A DNA stretch of 64,000 bases, taken from Candidatus Omnitrophota bacterium. GTDB taxonomy: Bacteria; Omnitrophota; Gorgyraeia; Zapsychrales; JANLHA01. Shown piece after piece: positions 9,461 to 17,608 of this stretch; the first letter of the stretch is position 1, and the number at the start of each line of letters is the position of its first letter. The stretch is taken from NCBI GenBank assembly GCA_023247795.1, contig JAHFFT010000003.1:12769-76768 (forward strand), given 5' to 3'. The notes below the pieces were generated by a model that saw only the letters and a program-made list of their open reading frames with translations, searched no databases and had not been told where the DNA came from. Made by a program: the position numbers and the translations under genes.

Positions 9461-10291
9461 ATGAAGAAAATAAATGTATCAATAATGCTCGTGAGTTTGG
9501 TGTTGATTTTTGTCGGTCCAGGGATGGCCGAGGACGTTCCGCAGAAACTCGATAAATTCAATCTCCAAGGATACGCTGACAACGGGGACAAGGCTTGGGA
9601 TGTCAACGGGGATCATGCCAACATCGAAGGGAACAACATCGATATCACCAACGTTGATGCCAACCATTTTGGTAACCAAGACATCAATTTGAAAGCGAAA
9701 AAGGGCACGATCGATAAGGCCTCGGGGAAAATCCATTTGGAGAAAGATGTTGTTATCACCAGCGAAAGCGGCAGTACGATGAAGACCGATTCTCTGGACT
9801 GGGAAAAGGAAAAAGATTTGGTCAGCACCGACGATCTGGTTGTGATCACTGATAAAGGTATGCAGGCGGTTGGCAAGGGGTTGACCGCGCACCCTGGTCA
9901 GCAGACCGCGCAGATGCACAATGATGTGACGGTCAAGGTCAATACCGAACCGGAAAAACTTTTGGATGGACGGATCGTGACCGTTACCTGCGACGGGCCC
10001 ATGGAAGTGGACCAGGCTAAAAATATGGCGGTGTTTAACGACAATGTGGTTGCCGTGCAAAGTGATCGCACGCTGAAAGCGGATATAATGGAACTTTATT
10101 TTGATCCGACGACCAAAAAGATCAAGCAAACGATTTGCATTGGTCACGTGGTCATCGTGCAGGGCGAAAATAAGACTTACGCGGACAAGGCGGTTTATGA
10201 TGGGCCATCGCAGAAACTGACCCTTACGGGCCGGCCGAAATTGATCATGCTCACCGAAGGGGAAGGGTCGATTGGCTCTTTCAAACAATAA
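9461..10291 (+). CDS. lptC: LptC/LptA-family (OstA-like fold) LPS transport protein with N-terminal membrane anchor. Possibly a fused LptC-LptA
   Basis: 276 aa. N-terminal TM helix. The central part resembles LptC. The C-terminal part (..LKADIMELYFDPTTKKIKQTICIGHVVIVQGENKTYADKAVYDGPSQKLTLTGRPKL) is a classic OstA_N/LptA motif. Synteny kdsD-kdsC-[lptC-lptA]-lptB as in E. coli. Confidence 0.7.
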   Translation: MKKINVSIMLVSLVLIFVGPGMAEDVPQKLDKFNLQGYADNGDKAWDVNGDHANIEGNNIDITNVDANHFGNQDINLKAKKGTIDKASGKIHLEKDVVITSESGSTMKTDSLDWEKEKDLVSTDDLVVITDKGMQAVGKGLTAHPGQQTAQMHNDVTVKVNTEPEKLLDGRIVTVTCDGPMEVDQAKNMAVFNDNVVAVQSDRTLKADIMELYFDPTTKKIKQTICIGHVVIVQGENKTYADKAVYDGPSQKLTLTGRPKLIMLTEGEGSIGSFKQ

Positions 10292-10302
10292 GGACTGATT
10301 TC

Positions 10303-11025
10303 TTGAATCTCTTAGAAACAAAAGGTTTGGTCAAAGCGTACGGCGGCCGCCGGGTGGTTGACGGTTTGAGCATCTCAGTCAACCGGTCCGAGATCGTCGG
10401 TATTTTGGGCCCCAACGGCGCAGGTAAGACGACATCCTTTTACATGATTGTGGGGATCATTGCTGCCGATGAGGGGCAGATTTTTTTTGATCAAATGGAC
10501 ATCACCAAAAAACCGATTCATGATCGTTGCCGTTTGGGGATCGGTTATCTCGCCCAGGAAACCTCCATCTTTCGCAAATTGACCGTCGAGGAAAACATCA
10601 TGGCGATTTTAGAAACCCTCGCGATCAGTCCACGGGAACGTCATCGTCGTTTAGAATCCCTTCTTGAGGAGTTGAACATCACCCATTTGGCCAAGAGCAA
10701 GGCCTATACGTTATCGGGTGGTGAACGCCGCAGGCTAGAAATCACTCGGGCGCTGGTGACCAATCCCTCTTTCCTTTTATTGGATGAGCCGTTTTCTGGA
10801 ATCGACCCGATCGTGGTGGCAGAGGCGCAGGAGATCATCAGAGATTTAAAGAAACGGGGCTTAGGGATTTTATTGACCGACCATAATGTGCGTGAGACCC
10901 TGGCCATTACTGATCGTTCTTATCTGGTCGCTGACGGCCGGCTTTTGGTTTCGGGGACGTCGGAAGAGCTGATCAACGACCCCAAGGCCAAACGGATTTA
11001 TCTGGGTGAAAAGTTCAAAATGTAA
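10303..11025 (+). CDS. lptB: LPS export ABC transporter ATP-binding protein
   Basis: 240 aa. TTG start 8 nt after an AAGGA. Walker A GPNGAGKTT, ABC signature LSGGERRRLEI, Walker B LLLDEPFSGIDP. Confidence 0.9.
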   Translation: MNLLETKGLVKAYGGRRVVDGLSISVNRSEIVGILGPNGAGKTTSFYMIVGIIAADEGQIFFDQMDITKKPIHDRCRLGIGYLAQETSIFRKLTVEENIMAILETLAISPRERHRRLESLLEELNITHLAKSKAYTLSGGERRRLEITRALVTNPSFLLLDEPFSGIDPIVVAEAQEIIRDLKKRGLGILLTDHNVRETLAITDRSYLVADGRLLVSGTSEELINDPKAKRIYLGEKFKM

Positions 11026-11033
11026 ATAAAAAT

Positions 11034-11130
11034 GCGACAAGTTTCAGGTCGCAAGTTGCAAGCAAAAATTACTTGAGACGGGAGACTTGCGACAGGCCAC
11101 TTTTAAAAGGGACTTGAGACTTGTCACTTG
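11034..11130 (+). repeat. cluster of nested inverted and direct short repeats (GCGACAAGT, GTCGCAAGT...ACTTGCGAC, ACTTGAGAC x2, ACTTGTCAC) in the lptB-tig intergenic region. Members of a recurrent motif family
   Basis: Read directly from the sequence. GTCGCAAGT (11053) pairs with ACTTGCGAC (11087). GCGACAAGT (11036) pairs with ACTTGTCAC (11123). ACTTGAGAC occurs twice. Followed by CUUUUAAAA. Confidence 0.45.
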
Positions 11131-11155
11131 TTGCTGTTAAAGAAAGTGAGTTCGT

Positions 11156-12058
11156 ATGAAAGTCGTTGTCAAAAAATTGGATTCATTAAGGCGAGAGCTG
11201 TCTTTTGAAATTCCCAAGGAACGTGTTTCACTAAAGCTCGAGGAGGTTTATAAAGATCTCAGTAAAGTTGCCAAAGTCAAAGGTTTTCGCGAAGGCAAAG
11301 CCCCGCGGCAGGTCATTGAAAGGCAGCACGGTGAGTTAGCCAAAGAAGAAACCGTTAAAAAATTGATTCCGGAAGTTTATCATGAGGGGATCAAGCAGGA
11401 AAACATCGCCCCTTTGGACCTGCCGGAGATCCACGACGTGAATTTTAAAGATGGGATCATCACTTTCAAGGCGCAGATTGATTTAAAGCCCGAGGTCAAA
11501 ATCAAAAGTTATAAAGGAATCAAAGTGCAGCGCAAGAGTGCTAAGGTCACTGACGAAGAAATCAATAAGACGTTGGATTATTTCAAGAAGAGCACGGGGC
11601 AGGACGAAAGTTTGGCGATTGATGATAAATTCGCTAAGGGGTTAGGTTATCCCAGTCTCAACGCTTTCAAGGAATCGATCTCCCGGCAAATGGAGATGGA
11701 TAAAGACCGTCATAATCGCCTTGATGTTGAAAACCAGATCGTCGATCATTTGATCAAGGAGTCAAAACTCGATGTTCCTAAGTCGATGATTAAACGCCAA
11801 CTTGAGCATCGTCTGCAGGAATCCAAGAAACGGATGAAGCAGCAAGGTGTCGCTGAAGACGAAATCAAGAAAAAGGAACCAGAAGTGATTGAGGAACTGG
11901 AACCCATTGTTGAAAAAGATGTTAAAATTTATTTAATTTTTGATAAAATAGCCGAGCTCGAAAGCATCACGGCCAAAGAAGGCGAGCCGTTCACGCAAAA
12001 GGTCATGGAATTTTTGTTGAAGGAAGCCGAGTGGCGGGAAGAACAGAGTGTCAAATAA
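11156..12058 (+). CDS. tig: trigger factor, short form lacking the PPIase (FKBP) domain
   Basis: 300 aa. N-terminal ribosome-binding domain with the TF signature GFREGKAP. The sequence then runs directly into TF C-domain-like sequence (..IDDKFAKGLGYPSLNAFKESI..) with no FKBP-type domain in between. Confidence 0.75.
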   Translation: MKVVVKKLDSLRRELSFEIPKERVSLKLEEVYKDLSKVAKVKGFREGKAPRQVIERQHGELAKEETVKKLIPEVYHEGIKQENIAPLDLPEIHDVNFKDGIITFKAQIDLKPEVKIKSYKGIKVQRKSAKVTDEEINKTLDYFKKSTGQDESLAIDDKFAKGLGYPSLNAFKESISRQMEMDKDRHNRLDVENQIVDHLIKESKLDVPKSMIKRQLEHRLQESKKRMKQQGVAEDEIKKKEPEVIEELEPIVEKDVKIYLIFDKIAELESITAKEGEPFTQKVMEFLLKEAEWREEQSVK

Positions 12059-12131
12059 CAAGTCGCAAGTGACAAGTTGTTGATCAAATTTGTAATAAAT
12101 TCAAAAACTGTTAGCAAAGGAGAATCGCGTC

Positions 12132-12737
12132 ATGCAGCCTCAATCACAAACATTAGTTCCTATGGTCGTCGAGAAATCCGGACATTCCGAGCGGGCTTAT
12201 GATATTTATTCCCGCTTGCTCAAAGACCGGATCATTTTTATCGGGACTCCGATCGACGATAATGTGGCCAATTTGATCATTGCCCAAATGCTCTTTTTGC
12301 AGAGCGAAGACGCCAACAAAGATATCAACGTTTATGTCAATTCTCCGGGTGGATCGGTTACGGCGGGATTGGCGATTTATGATACGATGCAGTACATCAA
12401 ACCCGATATCCGAACATATTGCCTGGGGCAGGCCGCGAGCATGGGAGCGGTTCTTTTAGCGGCCGGCAGCAAGGGTAAGCGTTATGCCCTTCCTTATTCA
12501 AGGATCATGATCCATCAACCCTGGGGCGGGGCGCGCGGATCAGCGAGCGATATCTCCATCCAGGCCAAAGAAATTTTACGCATGAAAGATGATTTGAACA
12601 AACTGCTGGCTCGGCATACCAAACAGCCGCTTGAGAAGATCGAAAACGACACTGACCGTGATTATTTCATGTCGGCCGCCGAAGCCAAGGATTACGGTTT
12701 GGTCGACGAGGTTTTAGAGTTTAAGAAAGGAAAGTAG
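12132..12737 (+). CDS. clpP: ATP-dependent Clp protease proteolytic subunit
   Basis: 201 aa. GQAASMGA (active-site Ser), IMIHQP (His) and catalytic Asp region. High similarity to the ClpP consensus throughout. Confidence 0.92.
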   Translation: MQPQSQTLVPMVVEKSGHSERAYDIYSRLLKDRIIFIGTPIDDNVANLIIAQMLFLQSEDANKDINVYVNSPGGSVTAGLAIYDTMQYIKPDIRTYCLGQAASMGAVLLAAGSKGKRYALPYSRIMIHQPWGGARGSASDISIQAKEILRMKDDLNKLLARHTKQPLEKIENDTDRDYFMSAAEAKDYGLVDEVLEFKKGK

Positions 12738-12740
12738 TTT

Positions 12741-13892
12741 ATGAAACGCAATTTGTTATTGACGCCCGGACCAACCCAGGTTCCGGCGAGGGTCTGCGAG
12801 GCGTTGAGCCGTCCGATCATCCATCACCGAACTCCACAGTTCCAGGTTTTTTTAAAAGAAGCGATCGAGGGTTTGAAAGAAATCTATCAAACCAAAAACG
12901 ATGTCTATATCTTGGCCTCCTCGGGAACCGGGGCCATGGAGGCCAGTGTTTGTTCTTTATTGTCTCCTGGTGACAAGGTGATGATTGTTGAAGGCGGAAA
13001 ATTCGGTGAACGCTGGACAGAGATCTGCCAGGCTTATGGGATCCAAACGCAAGTCATCAAGGCTGAGTGGGGGAAGGTCGTTGATCCGAAAATGGTTGAG
13101 GCGGCGCTCAAAAAAGATAAAACGATCAAGGCGGTTTTTACCACTTTGGCGGAGACATCGACGGGTGTGACATTTGACATCAAAAGTTTGGGGAAGGTGG
13201 TCAAGGAAACTCCCGCGGTTTTGGTCGTTGACGCGGTCAGTGGATTAGGTGTTGAAGACTTGAAGACCGATGCTTGGGGTGTTGATGTTGTGGCATCAGC
13301 TTCACATAAGGGGTTGATGTTGCCACCGGGGCTAGGATTTGTTTCCTTGAGTGCAAAGGCCAAAGCCTTGATGGTCCATTCCAAATGTCCAAAGTATTAT
13401 TTTGATTTGCGAGCTTATGAGAAAGCCCTTGCAAGCGTTGACACTCCTTACACGCCGGCGATTGGTTTGGTCGTGGCGTTGCTTGAGAGCCTGAAGATGA
13501 TTAAGGAAGCGGGGCTGGATAACCGATTCGCTCATTACCGGCGGCTGGCACAGGCCACCCGTAAGGGTGCTTTGGGGCTGGGGTTGAAACTTTACGCGGA
13601 TGAATCTTGCGCCTCCAATGTTTTGACGTCCATTTGCGTCCCGAAAGGGATCGACGGAGAAAAGCTGGTCAAGATCATGCGCGATCAACATGGTGTCAGC
13701 ATTGCCGGCGGTCAGGCCGAACTTAAGGGCAAGGTCATTCGGATCGCGCATATGGGCTGTCTTGACGAATACGATCTTTTAACCGGGATCGCTTGTTTGG
13801 AAAAAGTATTGCGAGAGCTCGGGTACCGATTTGAACTGGGCGCCGGCGTTGCTAGCGCGCAGAAATTTTTAAATGGGGGACTGTCCCTTTAG
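12741..13892 (+). CDS. class V aminotransferase (serine-pyruvate / archaeal-type phosphoserine aminotransferase family)
   Basis: 383 aa. PLP-dependent fold with the SASHKGLMLPPGLG lysine motif. Sits immediately upstream of serA, which suggests a phosphoserine aminotransferase role. Confidence 0.75.
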   Translation: MKRNLLLTPGPTQVPARVCEALSRPIIHHRTPQFQVFLKEAIEGLKEIYQTKNDVYILASSGTGAMEASVCSLLSPGDKVMIVEGGKFGERWTEICQAYGIQTQVIKAEWGKVVDPKMVEAALKKDKTIKAVFTTLAETSTGVTFDIKSLGKVVKETPAVLVVDAVSGLGVEDLKTDAWGVDVVASASHKGLMLPPGLGFVSLSAKAKALMVHSKCPKYYFDLRAYEKALASVDTPYTPAIGLVVALLESLKMIKEAGLDNRFAHYRRLAQATRKGALGLGLKLYADESCASNVLTSICVPKGIDGEKLVKIMRDQHGVSIAGGQAELKGKVIRIAHMGCLDEYDLLTGIACLEKVLRELGYRFELGAGVASAQKFLNGGLSL

Positions 13893-13905
13893 GGGCTGTC
13901 CGCCA
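13876..13905 (+). repeat. copy A of a shared 3'-end element GGGACTGTCCC-TTTA-GGGGCTGTCC, overlapping the stop codon of the aminotransferase gene
   Basis: gggggactgtccctttaggggctgtccgcc matches 39755..39779 (ggcggtccctttagggactgtccccc) at 18 of 19 core positions. Both contain the 11-bp palindrome GGGACTGTCCC. Confidence 0.5.
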
Positions 13906-13926
13906 AAAAAGAAAGAGGTTGTTTTC

Positions 13927-15510
13927 ATGAAGATTCTCATCAGCGATTCGCTGGCGCAGGAAGGGATCGCAATTTTAACCGCGACTCCGGGGTTCCAGGT
14001 TGACTGCAAATTTGGATTGAAGCCCAATGAACTCAAGGCCATCATTAAAAATTATGATGCCCTGATTGTCCGCAGCGGGACCAATGTGACCGCTGATATT
14101 ATCGAGGCAGCATCGAGTTTGAAAGTCATTGGACGGGCTGGTGTTGGTATGGATAACGTGGATTTGAAAGCCGCGACCAGAAAAGGTGTTGTGGCCATGA
14201 ACACCCCATCGGGTAATACCACGTCGACCGCCGAACATACCATGAGTTTGATTTTGGCCCTGGCCCGCAATATCCCGCAGGCTTGCTCGTCGCTGAAAAG
14301 CGGATTGTGGGAACGTTCCAAATTCAGTGGTGTCGAACTTTACGGCAAGACATTAGGGATCATCGGTCTGGGCCGGATCGGATCAACTGTCGCCAAGATG
14401 GCGAAGGGGTTCGGTATGAAGATCATTGCCTATGACCCTTATCTCACCAAGGATGTGGCGGATAAGATGGAAATTGCCATGGTCTCTTTTGAAGGATTGC
14501 TTGAGCACTCCGATTTTATTACGATCCATATCCCCAAAGCCTCTGACAATAAGAGCCTGATTTCTGATATCGAACTTGACATGATGAAACCTTCGGTCCG
14601 TTTGATCAACTGTGCCCGAGGAGGAATTGTCGACGAGCAAGCCCTTGTGCGCGCGCTGAAAGCGAAAAGGATTGCCGGATGCGCCGTGGACGTTTTTGAA
14701 CAAGAACCGCTGCCGGCGGGTTCGGAATTGTTAAAGTTAGATAATTGTGTGCTGACCCCGCATTTGGGGGCAGCCACGTCGGAAGCGCAAATCAATGTGG
14801 CGATCGAGATCGCGGAAGCGGTGCGCAATGCTTTGTTAGGTAAGGGAATCGTTAACGCGGCGAATTTTCCGTCGGTCACGGCCGAGGCCTATAAAATCCT
14901 TGAGCCATATATTGATTTGGCGGAACGGATGGGGAAATTTTCCGGACAACTCGTCGAGGGCGCGATCTCCCATATCAAAATCATTTACAGCGGTGAGATG
15001 ACAAAACACAAAATCACTCCGGTCACCATGGCCTTTGTCAACGGCATTTTATCACCCATCTTGGGGGACACCGTCAATTCGATCAACGCGGTTGATATCG
15101 CCCGCGAGCGCGGGATTAATGTTCAAGAAATCTTGTCGAATAAAGAAGAAGAATTTGTGAATTTGGTCAACGTCGAAATCAAAAGTGAGAAAGAGGATTT
15201 CACGATCTGGGGGACGCTGTCAGGAAATTCGCAGCCGCGCATTGTTAAAGTCAACAACGTTTACGTTGAGGCCAGCCCACACGGGAACGTGATTTTTATT
15301 AACAACAATGACAAGCCCGGCATCGTCGGTGCCGTGGGGATGATCCTTGCCGAGAATAAAATCAATATCGCGGGGATTACTTTTGGCCGGGAAGCCCCGG
15401 GTGGATTAGCGGTCAGTGTGGTCAACGTGGATAGTGATGTCTCTGCGGCGACGATCGAAAAAATCAAGAAAACCAAAGATATTTTGTTTGCCAAATTGAT
15501 CAAGATTTGA
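13927..15510 (+). CDS. serA: D-3-phosphoglycerate dehydrogenase with C-terminal ACT domain
   Basis: The track ORF starts at 13873, but the conserved N-terminus MKILISDSL begins at 13927. NAD-binding GLGRIGSTVA and catalytic region are present. About 528 aa. Confidence 0.88.
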   Translation: MKILISDSLAQEGIAILTATPGFQVDCKFGLKPNELKAIIKNYDALIVRSGTNVTADIIEAASSLKVIGRAGVGMDNVDLKAATRKGVVAMNTPSGNTTSTAEHTMSLILALARNIPQACSSLKSGLWERSKFSGVELYGKTLGIIGLGRIGSTVAKMAKGFGMKIIAYDPYLTKDVADKMEIAMVSFEGLLEHSDFITIHIPKASDNKSLISDIELDMMKPSVRLINCARGGIVDEQALVRALKAKRIAGCAVDVFEQEPLPAGSELLKLDNCVLTPHLGAATSEAQINVAIEIAEAVRNALLGKGIVNAANFPSVTAEAYKILEPYIDLAERMGKFSGQLVEGAISHIKIIYSGEMTKHKITPVTMAFVNGILSPILGDTVNSINAVDIARERGINVQEILSNKEEEFVNLVNVEIKSEKEDFTIWGTLSGNSQPRIVKVNNVYVEASPHGNVIFINNNDKPGIVGAVGMILAENKINIAGITFGREAPGGLAVSVVNVDSDVSAATIEKIKKTKDILFAKLIKI

Positions 15511-15520
15511 GCGCGCGGCT

Positions 15521-16270
15521 ATGAATCTGAGCTGGGGTGAATGGATGCGTTTTGCTGCTCTTCCGGCCTTGCGGGCGGGATTAGCTGATAGTGTCAATCC
15601 GGGAGGGCTGTTGGCCCTGCTGCTTTTTATTTGTTTTCTTTATTTTGTATCAATGGTGGGGGGCAGGATTTTTTATTCCGGCTGTGTTTTTTTAGTGGCC
15701 GCCGTCATCTTGACCACTGTTCTTAATACGGGACTGTTTGATGGGTTTTTGATTTGCAAGATCTATGATCGTTTTTTGCACTGGAGTTTGGTATTTTTTG
15801 TGACGTTTGATTTTATCATTGGCATCATTCTTTTGCGGGACTGGTGGATTTATCTGAGATCTCATCGGGAAGAGCGGTTGCTGGTGCCGTTCCCCTTTCT
15901 TGATCAAGCGCGAGATGTCGTCAAGTCTAAGAGCCATTTGCAGAATAGAGCGGTCCTCTTGCTTTTGTCGTTGCTGACCGCGGGGGTCACCATGCTTTTG
16001 GCCGTTGCCTGGCCTCCCAACATCTATGTCACCATTATTCTCTATCAGTTGACATTGCCGGGATATTTGTTGAGGGCAGGATTTTTGTTGTTGCTTTATA
16101 GTTTGGGAACGATCGTGCCGATGTTAACCGTCTTGCTGATCCTTGATCGGATCTTCATTTCCAGGATGAGAGTTATCCGTTTGCAAAATGTTCTCAGTAA
16201 GGTCCAAATCATCTCGGCAGCGGTTTTTTTATCCTATGCCATTTCGTTCATTTTCTTCTATATATGGTGA
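15521..16270 (+). CDS. hypothetical polytopic integral membrane protein
   Basis: 249 aa with about 6 hydrophobic helices. No recognisable family from sequence alone. Confidence 0.45.
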   Translation: MNLSWGEWMRFAALPALRAGLADSVNPGGLLALLLFICFLYFVSMVGGRIFYSGCVFLVAAVILTTVLNTGLFDGFLICKIYDRFLHWSLVFFVTFDFIIGIILLRDWWIYLRSHREERLLVPFPFLDQARDVVKSKSHLQNRAVLLLLSLLTAGVTMLLAVAWPPNIYVTIILYQLTLPGYLLRAGFLLLLYSLGTIVPMLTVLLILDRIFISRMRVIRLQNVLSKVQIISAAVFLSYAISFIFFYIW

Positions 16271-16280
16271 GGTGATCCAA

Positions 16281-17555
16281 ATGAATACTGTTGTTGTCGG
16301 TGCGCAGTGGGGAGATGAGGGCAAAGGAAAACTCATCGACTTCCTTTCGAAAGATGTTGATATCACCGTGCGCTATCAGGGGGGAAACAATGCTGGCCAC
16401 ACGGTTGTGGTTGGAACCGAAGAGTACATTTTTCATCTGTTGCCGTCCGCCATTCTGCACAGTGATAAGGTCTGCGTGATCGGCAATGGTGTTGTCGTCG
16501 ATCCTCCGGCACTGCTCAGTGAACTCAAAGACCTTAAGAAGCGCGGCATTACGGTAACACCAAAACAATTGAAGATCTCCGGGTTTTGTCATGTGGTGAT
16601 GCCGTATCATCGGATTCTCGACAGTCTGCGGGAATCGGTCCGTAAAAACAAAATTGGCACGACTGGCCGCGGCATTGGTCCTTGCTATGCCGATAAGGTG
16701 GCCCGCTGCGGGATCCGCATGATTGATCTTTTAAATCCGCGGATTTTAAAGTCAAAACTGGAAGACAACTTGGCCGAAAAGAACCAGATTTTTAAGAAAG
16801 GATTTGGTGCCAAAGAGTTTGTTTTCGACGAGGTCTATCGCGATTACCTCGCTTACGGCCGCAGAATCAAACCCTTTATTTTTGATACGGCGATTTATTT
16901 GAACCGGGCCATTGATCAGAAAAAATCCATTTTGTTTGAAGGGGCGCAAGGGACTTTTCTCGACATTGATTTTGGAACGTATCCTTTTGTCACATCCTCC
17001 AATTCGATCGTAGGAGGAGTGTCTCCTGGCAGCGGCGTGCCGCCGATGAAGATTGATAAGGCTGTGGCCGCGGTCAAGGCCTATACGACGAGGGTGGGGG
17101 AGGGGCCGTTCCCAACCGAATTTTCCACTCGCCTGAAAGACATCGTACAGAAGGCCGGAAAAGAATTCGGAGCGACAACCGGCCGGCCTCGACGCTGCGG
17201 CTGGTTTGACAGCGTCTTGGTGCGCTATTCGCTAATGATCAACGGGATTTCGGAGCTGGCGATTATGAAGCTCGACGTGTTGGATATTTTAGAAAACATT
17301 AAGATCTGTACTGCGTATCAGTATCGGGGTAAGACCTTTAAAGAATTTCCAATGGATTTTGAAGTGTTATGCAAAGCCAAGCCGGTTTATGAAACGCTGC
17401 CGGGATGGAAATGGCCTACCAAGGCGGTGGAGGAGTATAGCAAACTTCCTGGCAATGCTCGTCGTTATTTGGAGCGGCTTGAGGAGCTGTTAAAAGTCAA
17501 AATCCGTTATGTCTCAACTGGTTCCAAGCGACATGAAACAATTATCCGATATTAG
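16281..17555 (+). CDS. purA: adenylosuccinate synthetase
   Basis: The conserved start MNTVVVGAQWGDEGKGK (P-loop of PurA) is at 16281. The track ORF begins upstream at 16188. GNNAGHT and the remaining PurA motifs are present. About 424 aa. Confidence 0.9.
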   Translation: MNTVVVGAQWGDEGKGKLIDFLSKDVDITVRYQGGNNAGHTVVVGTEEYIFHLLPSAILHSDKVCVIGNGVVVDPPALLSELKDLKKRGITVTPKQLKISGFCHVVMPYHRILDSLRESVRKNKIGTTGRGIGPCYADKVARCGIRMIDLLNPRILKSKLEDNLAEKNQIFKKGFGAKEFVFDEVYRDYLAYGRRIKPFIFDTAIYLNRAIDQKKSILFEGAQGTFLDIDFGTYPFVTSSNSIVGGVSPGSGVPPMKIDKAVAAVKAYTTRVGEGPFPTEFSTRLKDIVQKAGKEFGATTGRPRRCGWFDSVLVRYSLMINGISELAIMKLDVLDILENIKICTAYQYRGKTFKEFPMDFEVLCKAKPVYETLPGWKWPTKAVEEYSKLPGNARRYLERLEELLKVKIRYVSTGSKRHETIIRY

Positions 17556-17556
17556 C

Positions 17557-17584
17557 TTGACTTTAAAAAAGTGCTATGATAATG
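17557..17584 (+). promoter_or_regulatory. sigma70-type promoter: TTGACT, 16-nt spacer, GATAAT. Followed by an AAGGAGGA RBS before the OmpA-family gene
   Basis: cTTGACTttaaaaaagtgctatGATAATg, then aaggagga 5 nt before the ATG at 17609. Confidence 0.5.
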
Positions 17585-17608
17585 TGAAAAATATCTAAGG
17601 AGGAAGAC

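Noticed and set aside
9479-10321. 280-aa minus-strand ORF (and similar long minus-strand ORFs at 28357..29106, 23187..23849, 23347..23928, 30587..31150, 58534..59115)
   Set aside because: Each lies entirely inside a well-supported + strand gene (lptC/A, infB, the CpaF-like ATPase, scpA, the DUF3108-like gene). The translations are low-complexity and Arg/His/Pro-rich with no recognisable motifs. They are typical antisense shadow ORFs of GC-balanced coding sequence.
11034-11130. Considered a sigma-54 promoter (TGGCAC-N5-TTGCA), or CIRCE/CtsR/HAIR heat-shock operators, in the repeat-rich spacers before tig, clpP and rpmE
   Set aside because: TTGCA words are present but no correctly spaced GG element 10-11 nt upstream. 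No TTAGCACTC-N9-GAGTGCTAA (CIRCE), no GGTCAAA heptad repeats (CtsR), and only a one-sided resemblance to HAIR (CTTGAGA with no inverted partner).
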